Of a stretch of 64,000 bases of DNA, positions 50,834 through 61,137 are shown piece after piece (position 1 is the stretch's first letter; each line of letters opens with the position of its first letter). The stretch spans positions 256,001 through 320,000 of the forward strand of contig CAWBMV010000022.1 of NCBI GenBank assembly GCA_963789955.1, in the 5' to 3' direction. The notes below the pieces were generated by a model. That model searched no databases. It was not told the DNA's origin and saw only the letters and a program-made list of their open reading frames with translations. Made by a program: the position numbers and the translations under genes. The stretch is from an uncultured Candidatus Rokubacteria bacterium. Its GTDB lineage: Bacteria; Methylomirabilota; Methylomirabilia; Rokubacteriales; CSP1-6.

Positions 50834-50846
50834 GTCGCGTTCTCCT

Positions 50847-52250
50847 TCACGCCTTCTTCAAGGTGAGCTGGACGAGCCGGTCGGCGCGGTCCTGCCGGTC
50901 CAGATCACGGCAGGTGGCGATGATCTCCTCGAACTGCGCCGCCGGAATCGGCAAGCCCGGGATGACGTCCCGGATGCGGCGGGTCTCCTCGGCGAAGTTC
51001 CAGATGAACTCGCGGCCGGTGGACTGCTTCGTGTAGCTCTTGCCGTCCTTGGTGAAGATCGTGATGCGCGGGCCGAAGAGCGTCATCGCGTGCGACGGGA
51101 TCAGGGTCACGCGCTTCATGAGATCGAGCACCTCGGGCGGATCGTCGGCGCCGGCCGGGTCGACGTGCGCCGTTCAGCAGCGGGAAGCCGCGCTTCACGA
51201 CGCCGTAGGCCGTGTAGTACGGCGGTGCTGCCCGGCCTCGAGTCCAGATCCTCGCGCCGGCTCGGAAACGCCGGGCTCGGATACTGCGTCTCGAGCCAGT
51301 TCACCACGGCCTCGACGCGCTCGACGTCCTCGTAGGCGATGTCGTGCTCCTCGCACAGCTTGGCCGTGACGTCGATGTGGGCGATGTTGTAGCCGGCGGT
51401 CGAGTAGATCCGATAGAGCGTCTCGAGGAACATCCAGTCGCTTGCCGAGTCCAGCGGTGATCTTGTCGAGGCTCGTGTGCGTGTCGCCGACGAAGCTGTA
51501 GGTGAGCCGTCCCTGATTGTTGCCGGCGTAGGCGTGATAGAAGCCGGCGTCGCCCTCGAGCACCGTCTCGCCGCCCGGCGTGGCCCTGCCTGGCCAGCGC
51601 GACCGCCAGCATCGCGTTGCGCACGGCGCCGCCCTCGCGCAGCGCGCGGCCGCCGCTGCGCGCGCCTTCGAGATTGCCGGCGGCGAGGCTCGCGCAGAGC
51701 GCGATCGTGCTGTTCACCTGGTCTTCGGTGAAGCCCATGATCTTCGCGGCGGCGACCGCGGCGCCGAAGATGCCGAACACCGACGCCGGCGTGGAAGCCG
51801 CGCGCCATCACCGTGGGGATGAAGTCGGCCGCCATCCGCTCCATGACCTCGTAGCCCGCCGCGAGGCCGGTGAGAAAGTCGCGCCCGGATGCGCCGGCGG
51901 TCTCGGCGGCGACGAAGGCGCCGCGGGATGATGCTCGTGCCCGGGTGCGTCAGCATGCGGAAGGTGTCCCACTTGCCGCCGGCCATCGCCATCTCGGCGT
52001 TCGCGAACGCCGCGCCGCCCCTGGTCACCCGCGCGCCGTCCACCATGATGGTGGCGCCGTGCTTCACGCCGGCTTCTTCCTCACTGATGAGCTTGATCGC
52101 CTGCCGGCCGCCCGGCGTCAGCGAGCCGAGCAGCACGGAGGCGAGGCCCTGCAGGGTGACGCCCTTCGCGCGATCGACCACGTCGGGCGGCAGATCCTCG
52201 TAGCGAAGTCCGACGACCCACTGCGCGAGCTGCCGACTGAGCGATGCCAT
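50847..52250 (-). CDS. MmgE/PrpD family protein (several frameshifts)
   Basis: LA.WV..L.YEDLP.DVV.RAK, AAFANA, HPG, AGYEV, GIFGAAVAAAK, LEG..GFY. Confidence 0.8.
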
Positions 52251-52295
52251 CGCGTTCGTCTCCTTGCGGCCGGAGGGATGGAGCGTTGAGGTGCG

Positions 52296-52339
52296 GCCCG
52301 GGCGGCACGCCGGCCTCGCGCCAGCGGTGCCGCCCGGGC
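52296..52339. terminator. 13-bp perfect inverted repeat in an intergenic gap (no U-tract)
   Basis: GCCCGGGCGGCAC ... GTGCCGCCCGGGC. Confidence 0.4.
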
Positions 52340-52359
52340 GGTGGATCGACCGGTGAGAG

Positions 52360-52987
52360 CTAGCGCAGGGGCGAGAACGCCGCCGGGATCAGCATCTTGT
52401 TCTCTTGTCTGATCGGCCGGACGCCGGACTGCGGCGGCCACTGACCGCCCTTGCGCGACTCTTCGCGGATGCGCGTGCGCTCGTTCGAATCCTTGTAGGG
52501 CCACACGTGCACGAACTTGTTGAGGCCGCCGAGCTCGCTCGTCCAGCACGCCGCCAGCGGCGAGAGCTTCTCGCGGATCGGTACGGCCTTGCCCCATGCC
52601 TCGAGCACAGCCGGCAGATCGCCGGGCGAGTAGGTGTAGATGCGCATCTCGTAGAAGTTGCCGGTGCCGAAGTCGCGGCTGCCGAGCGGCTGCATGAAGG
52701 GCGCCGGGATCATGATGTCGGCCTGCTGCTCGACGATCAGATCGCGCCCGCCCGGCAGCTGCCTGCAGCGCCGCGTCCTTCGCCATCGCGTCGCGCACCG
52801 CGGTGCGGTGCTTCAGGTCTTCGTACGGCCACACGTGGACGACCTGGTTGAGCGGGCCGAAGTCGGTGTGCCAGAAGGCGCCGAGCGCCGAGTGCTTCTC
52901 GCGGAGCGGCTTGCGCTTGGCGAAGCGATCCTCGAACTCGGCCACGGCTCCGGTGCGCAGGGTGTAGGTGCGAACTTCGTAAATCAT
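52360..52987 (-). CDS. Two-domain NIPSNAP protein (frameshift near 52760)
   Basis: MIYEVRTY, G.LN..VHVWPY twice, PAAFSPLR. Confidence 0.88.
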
Positions 52988-53013
52988 GGATGCTCTCCTT
53001 TTGCCTTTAGCGG

Positions 53014-54071
53014 CTACGGCCTGAAGACGGCGAACACTTTGTTGGAGTTCGAGATCCACGACTCCAGGAACACGGACTCGTCGGGCTTGCGGCGCAGCTC
53101 GGCCATCGCGCCGGCGAGGCAGAACCAGTTCAGGAGCTCGTGATGGCCGCGATCCTCGGCCTCGGTGATCGTGGTGGTGCGCCACGGTCGCCCAGTCGCC
53201 ATCGCGCAGGGCCTCGTAGTAGCGCTGGTCCGACTCGACGTCCGGGAACATCAGCGCGTTCTTCTCGACCAGGAACGAATGGCTCCAGCTCGACGAGGCG
53301 ATCACGGCGACCCGCCAGGGGCTCGCGGTCAGCGCGCGGGCGATGGCGCCACCGACCTGGAAGCAGCGCCACGGCTGGGGGCCCGGCGGATCGAGCTCGG
53401 TCTGGCTCGCGAGCTTCGCGGCTTGCGACGGCGTCATCGGCGCGCCGTGGGCCCCGATCAGCCAGCGGCCGTACGAGTTCACGGAGAACGGCACGACCGG
53501 GTAGGGGAAGCCCTTCCGGTCCATGTCCAGGTACAGGACGGAATTCACGAACGCGTGGCCGAGCGGGTGATGCAGCGGCTTGTAGGCATAGGCGACGTCG
53601 ACCCCGTCGCCGAGTAGTGCTGCGGCCAGATACTTCGCGCCCGCGCGATGGCCGGTGATCGTGAACGTCTTGTCCTTCGGCTCGTCCCACCAGTTCTCGC
53701 CGCGGTGAGCCTTCCAGGGCTGAACGTCGACCGAGTCGTAGGCGAGGATCGAGAACGGCGGCACGCAGTCCTCGCGGAAGTTCTCGTACTGGTCGTCGCC
53801 CCAGAGCAGGACGAAATCCGGCTCGAAGGCATCGAGCTCGGCGCGGATCTTTCGGAAGTGATGGATCAGATCGTTGCGGTGCTTGTCGGAGTGGCCTCGC
53901 GCCCTCGTCGGTGCTCCATTGCTCCCGCATCGTCGGATGCCAGCCTTCCGGCGTGCGCAGACGTTCCGGCAGCATTGGATCCGCGACCAGGAGCTTGATG
54001 CGGCCTGTCATGTTGCCCTTGTAGGAGAGCGGGGGGTAGTGCGTGATGCCGAGGCCGAGTATCTGCCCCAT
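53014..54071 (-). CDS. LigB-like extradiol ring-cleavage dioxygenase (two frameshifts)
   Basis: GITHYPP, WGDDQYENF.ED.VPPF, GHAF, ASSSWSH, G.HE.LNW. Confidence 0.8.
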
Positions 54072-54083
54072 GAATTCTCCTCT

Positions 54084-54422
54084 TCAGTCCGCCAGCGGGA
54101 TGGTGACCGACAGTCGCGGCTGAGTGCCGACCACGCGCGTGGTGTGGCCGCGCCCGGTGAGATCCTCGGCGAGCGTCACGTGGCCGGGCCCATAGCGATG
54201 CACGCTGCCGTCACCGAGACCGATCTCGACTTCGCCGGCCAACGTGATGACGAACTGGCGGCGCGGCGCGTTGTGCCAGTCGGAGAAGTGGCCGGGCTTC
54301 GTCGTCCTGAAGACGATGCCCTTGGTCGCTTGCATGGTCGTCAGCTCCGGGTGCGTGGCGAGATCCAGCTCTTCGATGTGGGTCTGGCCGTCTTTCCCGG
54401 TATAGAGGCGAATCATGTTCAT
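54084..54422 (-). CDS. Small cupin-like protein
   Basis: WHNAPRRQFVITL.GE.EI..GDG, AED.TG.GH. Confidence 0.8.
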   Translation of the reverse strand: MNMIRLYTGKDGQTHIEELDLATHPELTTMQATKGIVFRTTKPGHFSDWHNAPRRQFVITLAGEVEIGLGDGSVHRYGPGHVTLAEDLTGRGHTTRVVGTQPRLSVTIPLAD

Positions 54423-54436
54423 GTCCAAGACTCTCC

Positions 54437-55468
54437 CTAAGGTACGCGCAGGACCAGCTTGCCGAAGAAGTCGCGCCCGGTCATGACCTCGTGCGCCCGG
54501 CCGGCCTCGGCCAGGTCGAACGTCTGTCCCACCACGCCGCGCAGGCCGCCGTAGTGGGCCGAGTGCATCATCGCCGCGAAGCTGCGCCGGCTCCGTGCCC
54601 CGCTGCCCATCAAGGTGAGCGGCCGGCTCTGCAGCACCGAGAGATTGAACGGGATCTGGCTCCCCGCGGTCGTGCCGGTGATGACGAGCCGGCCGCCGGG
54701 CTTGAGGCTCGCGCAGCTCTCGTCCCAGACGCTCGCGCCGACGCAGTCGAATACCACGTCGACTCCGCGGCCGCCGGTGAGCTCCTTGACGCGCTGGCTG
54801 AACTTGGGCGTGGTCGTGTAGTTGATGACCTCGTCCGCGCCGAGCTCCTTGGCCTTCGCGAGCTTCCAGTCGCTGCCGGCCGTGACGATCGCCCGGGCGC
54901 CGATGCCCTTGGCCATCAGGAGCCCGAAGCTGCCGACGCCGCTGCCGACCGCCTGGATCAGGATGTCCTCGCCCTGCTGGAGCTGCACGCGCTCGAACAA
55001 GCAGTGCCAGGCGGTGTGACCCGCGAGCGGAAACGTCGACGCTTCCTCGAACGCCATGCGGTCGGGGATTCGCTGGAGGTTCGCCGCCGGCACCTTGCAG
55101 TACTGCGCGTGGCCGCCGTCGAGCTCGCCGCCGAGGCGCTTCTGGCGCTCGCAGAACTCGTCGCGCCCGAGCACGCACGGCGAGCAGACGCCGCACTTGA
55201 CGCGGTTCTCGACGACGACCCGGTCGCCCTCTTTCCATCCCGTCACGCCGGGTCCCAGACGCGCGATCTCGCCGGCGATGTCGAGCCCGAGGATGCGCGG
55301 CAGCCCGCCCGTGGGGGATTTGCCGGCGCGAAGGGCGAGGTCGGCGTGGTTCACCGACGTGGCTCGCACGCGGACGACGACTTCGCCGGCGCCGGCCTCG
55401 GGGTCAGGACGGTCGCCGAAGATCAGCTTCTCCGGGCCTCCGGGCTCCGCGATGTAGACGGCTTTCAT
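54437..55468 (-). CDS. Zinc-binding MDR oxidoreductase
   Basis: SVNHAD, ILGLD.AG, CGVCSPC...C, GSGVG. Confidence 0.9.
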   Translation of the reverse strand: MKAVYIAEPGGPEKLIFGDRPDPEAGAGEVVVRVRATSVNHADLALRAGKSPTGGLPRILGLDIAGEIARLGPGVTGWKEGDRVVVENRVKCGVCSPCVLGRDEFCERQKRLGGELDGGHAQYCKVPAANLQRIPDRMAFEEASTFPLAGHTAWHCLFERVQLQQGEDILIQAVGSGVGSFGLLMAKGIGARAIVTAGSDWKLAKAKELGADEVINYTTTPKFSQRVKELTGGRGVDVVFDCVGASVWDESCASLKPGGRLVITGTTAGSQIPFNLSVLQSRPLTLMGSGARSRRSFAAMMHSAHYGGLRGVVGQTFDLAEAGRAHEVMTGRDFFGKLVLRVP

Positions 55469-56505
55469 CGGAAGATGGCCTGGCACTTCGGCGCGTTGAA
55501 GATCCAGGTCTCCACCCAGTCGACCAGCTCCATCTTGGCGCCGAGCTCGGCCATCGCGCCGGCCAGGCACACCCAGTTCAGGACCTCGTGCTGGCCGGAT
55601 GCTTCGAGCCGCTCGAGCGGCAGGTCGCGCCACGTGTCGTAGTCGCCCGCGCGCAGGTGCTCGAGCAGCACGCGATCGGCCTCGAGGTCGGGATAGAGGA
55701 AGTGAGTCTTGGCGGTCAGAAACGCGTGCGACCAGCTCGACGACGCCATGAGCACGACACGCCATGGGCTCTCGCGCAAGATGCGCGCGGTGAGGCGGCC
55801 GAGCTCGAAGCAGCGGCGCGGTGACGGCGCGGGGGGATCGGCTTCCTCCGCGTGCTGCGTGCCGCCGCCCTGGTAGCGGATCACGTCGCGGCCGTAGCAG
55901 TTGACGGTGACCGGCAGCACCGGATACGAGAATCCCTGACGGTCGAGATCGAGGTAGAGCAAGGTGTTCGCGAACGCGTGCGCCACGCCGTCGCCGTGCA
56001 GCGGGCGGTAGGCGTACGCCATGTCCACGCCCGACTCCAGCAGCCGGCTGACGAGCAGGCGCCCGGCGGCGGGCTGACCCGGCCAGGTGAACGCCTTGTC
56101 GCTCGGCTCACCCCAGATGTTCGGCCGGTTACCGAGCCGCTTGAACGGTTGAAACGTGAGCGTGTCGTAGGCCAGCACGCAGAACGGCGGGATCACGTCC
56201 TCGCGGAAGTTCTCGTACTGGTCGTCGCCCCACATCAGGATGAAGTCGGGGCGGAACGCGGCGATCTCGTCTCTGAGGGTCCGGAACGCGGTGAACACCC
56301 GCTCGCGGTGAGCCTTGAACGAGGTGATGCCTTCGTCGTGGCCCCACTCCGCGCGCATCGGCTCGGGCCAGCTCGCGGGATCGCGCAGATGCGCCGGAAT
56401 GCGCGGATCGGTGTGGAGCATCCGCGCCAGCGGCCAGGGCTTGTACTCCTCGGGCACCATTCCAGGAGGATAGTGGGTCGTCCCGACTCCAAGGATGTCT
56501 CCCAT
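55465..56505 (-). CDS. LigB-like extradiol ring-cleavage dioxygenase, paralogue of 53014..54071
   Basis: GTTHYPP, WGDDQYENF, AHAF, ASSSWSH, GQHEVLNW. Confidence 0.8.
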   Translation of the reverse strand: MGDILGVGTTHYPPGMVPEEYKPWPLARMLHTDPRIPAHLRDPASWPEPMRAEWGHDEGITSFKAHRERVFTAFRTLRDEIAAFRPDFILMWGDDQYENFREDVIPPFCVLAYDTLTFQPFKRLGNRPNIWGEPSDKAFTWPGQPAAGRLLVSRLLESGVDMAYAYRPLHGDGVAHAFANTLLYLDLDRQGFSYPVLPVTVNCYGRDVIRYQGGGTQHAEEADPPAPSPRRCFELGRLTARILRESPWRVVLMASSSWSHAFLTAKTHFLYPDLEADRVLLEHLRAGDYDTWRDLPLERLEASGQHEVLNWVCLAGAMAELGAKMELVDWVETWIFNAPKCQAIFR

Positions 56506-56546
56506 ACCCCCTCCTTACGTGCGGGAGGATCGCACATCCGGTGCGC

Positions 56547-56805
56547 CTAGTCGATCACGTGCTCCGCACGCAACAGGAGCGACGGCGGAATCGAGAGGCC
56601 CAGCGTCCTGGCGGCCTTGCGGCTGATGGCCAGCTCGAACTTCGTGGGCTGCTCGACCGGAAGGTCGCCCGGTTTCGCACCCTTGAGGATCCGATCGACG
56701 TACGTGGCCGCTCGCTGATAGAGGTCAGGATCGCTCGCTCCGTAGCGAGCAGTCCTCCGACGTCCACGTACTCCTTGGTCGCAAAAATCGACGGCAGCCT
56801 GCGGG
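56547..56805 (-). pseudogene. C-terminal fragment of an ABC_sub_bind-family protein
   Basis: RLPSIF...GGLL, RAATYVDRILKGAKPGDLPVEQPTKFEL...LGLSIPPSLLLRA..VID*; no N-terminus. Confidence 0.75.
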
Positions 56806-56810
56806 AACGA

Positions 56811-57995
56811 TCAGATGACGGCGCGCTTCGCCAGATCGGCGATTTGTTCCTTCGTATAGCCCAGCCCTGTCAGGATCTCCTCGTTGGCCTCACCGAGCTC
56901 GGGCGCCGCGCTTCGCAGCGGCAGGCGCTTCTCGCCGTGCGAGACCGGGTGACCGAGGATCGTGAGGTCGCCGAGCACCGGCGAGTGGACGGGCTGGGCC
57001 ATCGCCAGATGCTGTACCTGCGGGTCGGCGAAGGACTCGTCGATCTTGTAGATCGGCCCGCAGGGCACGCCCGCGTCGTTCATGAGCTTGATCCACTCGG
57101 CGCTGGTCTTCAGCCGCGTCACCGGCATGATGACTTCCATGATCGTGTCGCGGTTCGTCGAACGCGCCTTCGAGGTCGAAAAGCGCGGGTCGGTCATTAA
57201 GTCTGGCCGCTCGATCGCGCGACAGAACCGCCCGTAGATGTCGTCGCCGGCGGCGGCGATGTTGATGTGTCCGTCCTTCGTCTCGAAGACACCGGTAGGA
57301 ATGCCGGTCGGATGATTGTTGCCGGCCTGCGGCGGTACCTCGTGGCTCATCAGCCATCGCGAGGCCTGGAAGTCGAGCATCGAGAGCATCGCCTCCAGCA
57401 ACGACGTGTGGACCCACTTGCCCTCGCCGGTGGTCTGCCGCTCGATCAACGCCACCAGGATGCCCTGAGCGAGGAAGATGCCCGAGCAGAGGTCGGCGAT
57501 CGGGATGCCGACGCGCACGGGCCCCTGTCCCGGAATGCCCGTGATCGACATCAGGCCGCCCATGCCCTGCGCGATCTGGTCGACCCCCGGGCGGTCGCGG
57601 TACGGCCCGCTCTGGCCGAAGCCGGAGATGCTGCCGTAGATCAGGCGGGGGTTGATCGCCCGCAAGGTCTTGTAGTCGATGCCTAGACGCTCTTTCACGC
57701 CCGGGCGATAGTTCTCGACGACGATGTCGGCATCGCGCGCGAGCTTCTTGAAGATCGCTACCCCCTCAGGATCTCTGAGGTTGAGCGTCATGCTCCGCTT
57801 GTTGCGGTGGAGATTCTGGAAATCGAAGCCGTGCCGATTGCCGCCCATGCCGTCGCCCGTGCGCCCGCCGGGCATCTCGATCTTGATGGCCTGGGCGCCC
57901 CAGTCGACGAGCTGCCGCACGCACGTGGGACCGGCCCGGGCGCGCGTGAGGTCGAGGACCTTGAACTGGGCCAGGGGGAACGAGTTGGTCGTCAT
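56811..57995 (-). CDS. Class III CoA-transferase (CaiB/BaiF)
   Basis: VLDLTR..AGP, RNKRS, VENYRPG, SISGFGQ.GP, AD...G. Confidence 0.92.
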   Translation of the reverse strand: MTTNSFPLAQFKVLDLTRARAGPTCVRQLVDWGAQAIKIEMPGGRTGDGMGGNRHGFDFQNLHRNKRSMTLNLRDPEGVAIFKKLARDADIVVENYRPGVKERLGIDYKTLRAINPRLIYGSISGFGQSGPYRDRPGVDQIAQGMGGLMSITGIPGQGPVRVGIPIADLCSGIFLAQGILVALIERQTTGEGKWVHTSLLEAMLSMLDFQASRWLMSHEVPPQAGNNHPTGIPTGVFETKDGHINIAAAGDDIYGRFCRAIERPDLMTDPRFSTSKARSTNRDTIMEVIMPVTRLKTSAEWIKLMNDAGVPCGPIYKIDESFADPQVQHLAMAQPVHSPVLGDLTILGHPVSHGEKRLPLRSAAPELGEANEEILTGLGYTKEQIADLAKRAVI

Positions 57996-58025
57996 GGTGG
58001 CGGTATCATACCGTAGAATCGCCTC

Positions 58026-58775
58026 ATGCCCAGAGACGCGACGCCCCCCAAGCTCGAGATCGTGACGGAAATTCCCGGCAAGGCGATGGTCATCTTCGCG
58101 CATCCCGACGATGCGGAGATCGGCTCCGGCGGCGTCGTGGCCAAATGGGCGGCCGCGGGGTGCGAGGTGACCTACGTGCTCTGCACCAACGGCGCCGCCG
58201 GCACCGCAGACCGCTGGTTGACGCCGGCCGCACTCGCGAACAAGCGAGCCGACGAGCAGCGCGCCGCCGCGGATTTCATGGGCGTGCGGCATGTCGTCAT
58301 GCTTGGCTACCCCGACGGCGAGCTCGAGGACACGCGCGAGTTTCTCGGCGACGTCGTGCGGGCGATTCGCCGCTATCAACCGCACACCGTCTTCGTTCAC
58401 GATCCATACCGCATCCGCGGATTCCAGCACCGTGACCATCGCAAGGCCGGCATCACGGCGACCGACGCCGTCTATCCGTTCGCCCGCGACCATCTGCATT
58501 TTCCCGAGCAGGTCACGCGGGACGGGCTCGAGCCTCACAAGGTGCGCGAGCTCTGGTACTGGGGCGCCGACGAGCCCGACGTGATCGTCGACGTCACCGA
58601 GTCGATCGATCTGCAGATCGCCGGATTGATTCGTCACGAGAGCCAGGTGCCCGGCTTCAACGTGCCGGAGGGCCACACGATCGGCGACCGCGTGAAGAAG
58701 AACGCTGCCGAGCACGCCGAGGGCTACGGGTTCCAGTACGGCGCAGTTTTCCGACGCCTCGTCGCACGGAGGTAA
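58026..58775 (+). CDS. PIG-L family deacetylase
   Basis: AHPDDAE, T.G..G, R.DEQ..A, H.DH. Confidence 0.9.
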   Translation: MPRDATPPKLEIVTEIPGKAMVIFAHPDDAEIGSGGVVAKWAAAGCEVTYVLCTNGAAGTADRWLTPAALANKRADEQRAAADFMGVRHVVMLGYPDGELEDTREFLGDVVRAIRRYQPHTVFVHDPYRIRGFQHRDHRKAGITATDAVYPFARDHLHFPEQVTRDGLEPHKVRELWYWGADEPDVIVDVTESIDLQIAGLIRHESQVPGFNVPEGHTIGDRVKKNAAEHAEGYGFQYGAVFRRLVARR

Positions 58776-58781
58776 CCACCA

Positions 58782-60371
58782 ATGCCAAGCACGATCGCCC
58801 CGGCCACACTCAAGAGCCTGCTCGAGGGCAAGGAGCCGTTCGCCCTGATCGATGTCAGGGAGGCCGGCGAGTACAACAGCAGCCACATCCCCGGCGCGAG
58901 CTTGATCGCGCGGCGGCAGCTCGAGACCCTGGTGCCGCCGGCCGTGCCGTTCAAGGGAACGCCGATCGTCGTGTGCGACGACGACGGCCGGCGCGCGCGG
59001 CTCGCGGCGGGAACCCTCGAGCGCCTGGGCTATCGCCAGGTGTCGGTGCTCGACGGCGGGATCAACCGCTGGGTCACCGACGGACTCGAGACCGAGTGGG
59101 GGATGAACGTCCCCAGCAAGGACTTCGGCGAGAAGGTCGAGGTGGTGCACCACGTGCCGGAGGTCGAGTGCAAGGACCTCGCGGCGCGCATCCAGAAGGG
59201 CGAGAAGTTCGTCATCCTCGATTCGCGCACGCCCGAAGAGTTCCGGCGCTTCTGCATCCCGGGCGGCCGCAGCGTGCCCGGGGGCGAGCTGGCCCTGCGC
59301 ATCACCGACATCGCCAAGAACATCGATCCCGACACGACGATCATCGTGAACTGCGCCGGCCGCACGCGCAGCATCATCGGCGCGCGCGTGCTGCAGCGCA
59401 TGGGGATTCCCCGGGTGTTCGGCCTGAAGAACGGGACGTCGGGATGGGTGCTCGCCGGGCACAAGCTCGAGACCGGCGCCGATCGCGTGCAGCTGCCCGA
59501 GCCGTCGCCGGCGGGTGTCGCGGCCGCTGAAGCCTACGCCGCGAAGCTGGCGGCGGAAGACGGTGTTCGGTATCTCGATATTCCGGCCTTGAAGGGCGTG
59601 ATAGCCCGTCGCGACCAGGCGACGATCTATTTCGTCGACGTGCGCACCTCCGAGGAGTACGCCGCCGGCCACATCCCGGGCTTCCGCTGGTTCCCGGGGG
59701 GCCAGGCCGTGCAGCGCTCCGACGATCTCGCGGTCGTGAAGAACTGCCAGATCGTGTTCGCGTGCGACCGGAAGGCGCGCGCCACCTTGATCGCGTCGTG
59801 GTATCGACAGATGGGATTCCGCGAGGTGTTCGCCGTCGACGGCGGCACCGGCGCGTGGGCGGCGAGCGGCGGCGCGCTCGAGACGGGGATGCCGGAGGAG
59901 ATTCCCGCCGGCTATCAGGAGGCCCGCGCAAAGGTGAAGGCGATCTCGCCGCGTGATCTGCAGGCCGCCCCACCGGCGGCCGTGATCTTCGTCGATACGA
60001 GCCAGGACTTCTCGCGTGGCCACGTACCCGGCGCCCGCTGGGTGCCTCGGGGGTGGATGGAGCTCTGGATCGGCGACGTCGTGCCGTCGAAGACCGCGTC
60101 GCTCGTGGTCACGTGCGCCGACGGCCGCGGCTCGGCGCTCGCCGCGGTCACCCTCGGAGAGCTCGGTTACCAGAACGTGTCGATGCTCGACGGCGGCATG
60201 GTCGCCTGGCAGAAGGCCGGCCTGCCGATCGAGAAGGGGCTCGCCGGCGTGATGGCGCCGCCCACCGACGTCGTGCCGGCGGGACCGGATCGGAACTACG
60301 CCGACATGCAGAACTACCTCAGGTGGGAAGAGGCGCTCGGGCACAAGTACGCGCCGGGGCAGCCGGCGTAG
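58782..60371 (+). CDS. Four-domain rhodanese/sulfurtransferase
   Basis: Four DxR/S...H/C-I/V-PG units with loops CDDDGRRA, CAGRTRS, CDRKARA and CADGRGS. Confidence 0.88.
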   Translation: MPSTIAPATLKSLLEGKEPFALIDVREAGEYNSSHIPGASLIARRQLETLVPPAVPFKGTPIVVCDDDGRRARLAAGTLERLGYRQVSVLDGGINRWVTDGLETEWGMNVPSKDFGEKVEVVHHVPEVECKDLAARIQKGEKFVILDSRTPEEFRRFCIPGGRSVPGGELALRITDIAKNIDPDTTIIVNCAGRTRSIIGARVLQRMGIPRVFGLKNGTSGWVLAGHKLETGADRVQLPEPSPAGVAAAEAYAAKLAAEDGVRYLDIPALKGVIARRDQATIYFVDVRTSEEYAAGHIPGFRWFPGGQAVQRSDDLAVVKNCQIVFACDRKARATLIASWYRQMGFREVFAVDGGTGAWAASGGALETGMPEEIPAGYQEARAKVKAISPRDLQAAPPAAVIFVDTSQDFSRGHVPGARWVPRGWMELWIGDVVPSKTASLVVTCADGRGSALAAVTLGELGYQNVSMLDGGMVAWQKAGLPIEKGLAGVMAPPTDVVPAGPDRNYADMQNYLRWEEALGHKYAPGQPA

Positions 60372-60382
60372 CGAGCGGGATC

Positions 60383-61135
60383 ACGGTCGGCACCGTCCGG
60401 CTCTACCTCGAGTCCGACCACGGCTTCGAGGCCGAGGCGCGCGTGGTCGCGGTGAACGATCGCGCGCTCGCGTTCGACCGCACCTGCTTCTATCCCGGCG
60501 GCGGCGGCCAGCCGCCCGACGACGGAACGGTGCGGGTCGGTGACGGCGAGCCGCTCGAGATCGTCTCCGCATACGCCGACATCGACGAGATCGTCTGGCA
60601 CGCCACCGCGTCGTCGCTGTCGCCGGATCTCGTCGGCCGGCCCGCCAGGCTCGCGGTGAACCGGGCCCGCCGGCTCGTGCTCACGCGCTATCACACGGTG
60701 TTGCACGTCCTCAACACGATCGCGCTCCGTGACTATGGGGGCTGGATCACCGGCGTGCAGATCGGCGTCGATCAATCGCGGATCGACTTCAAGCTGGATG
60801 CGCTGTCCGCCGCGCTGTGCGCGGAGCTCGAGGGCAAGGTCAACGCGGTGCTCGCCGGCCACCATGTGGTGAGGGCGTACGACATCGCGGAAGACGAGTT
60901 CCGCGCTCGCGGTGACCTGCTCCGAACGCTCGACGCCCGGCCGCCGATCTCCAGCGGTCGGGTCCGCGTCGTCGAGATCGCGGGATTCGACGCGCAGGCG
61001 TGCGGCGGCACGCACGTGGCCACGACGGCGGACGTCGGACGCTTCGCGATCGTCCGGACCGAGAACAAGGGCAAGATCAACAAACGACTCTATGTGCGGC
61101 TCGACGACCCCGCGTCGCGGGCCGAGGGGAGGTAG
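60383..61135 (+). CDS. AlaX-type tRNA editing protein (start uncertain)
   Basis: T.FYPGGGGQP.D.G, YHTVLH, ACGGTHV. Confidence 0.88.
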   Translation, partial: TVGTVRLYLESDHGFEAEARVVAVNDRALAFDRTCFYPGGGGQPPDDGTVRVGDGEPLEIVSAYADIDEIVWHATASSLSPDLVGRPARLAVNRARRLVLTRYHTVLHVLNTIALRDYGGWITGVQIGVDQSRIDFKLDALSAALCAELEGKVNAVLAGHHVVRAYDIAEDEFRARGDLLRTLDARPPISSGRVRVVEIAGFDAQACGGTHVATTADVGRFAIVRTENKGKINKRLYVRLDDPASRAEGR

Positions 61136-61137
61136 CG

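Noticed and set aside
56811..60344. Very long ORFs such as 56811..60344(-), 7066..9516(-), 7606..9873(+) and 4721..6865(-)
   Set aside because: They are antisense shadows of real genes in high-GC DNA, in places joined in frame to a genuine CDS
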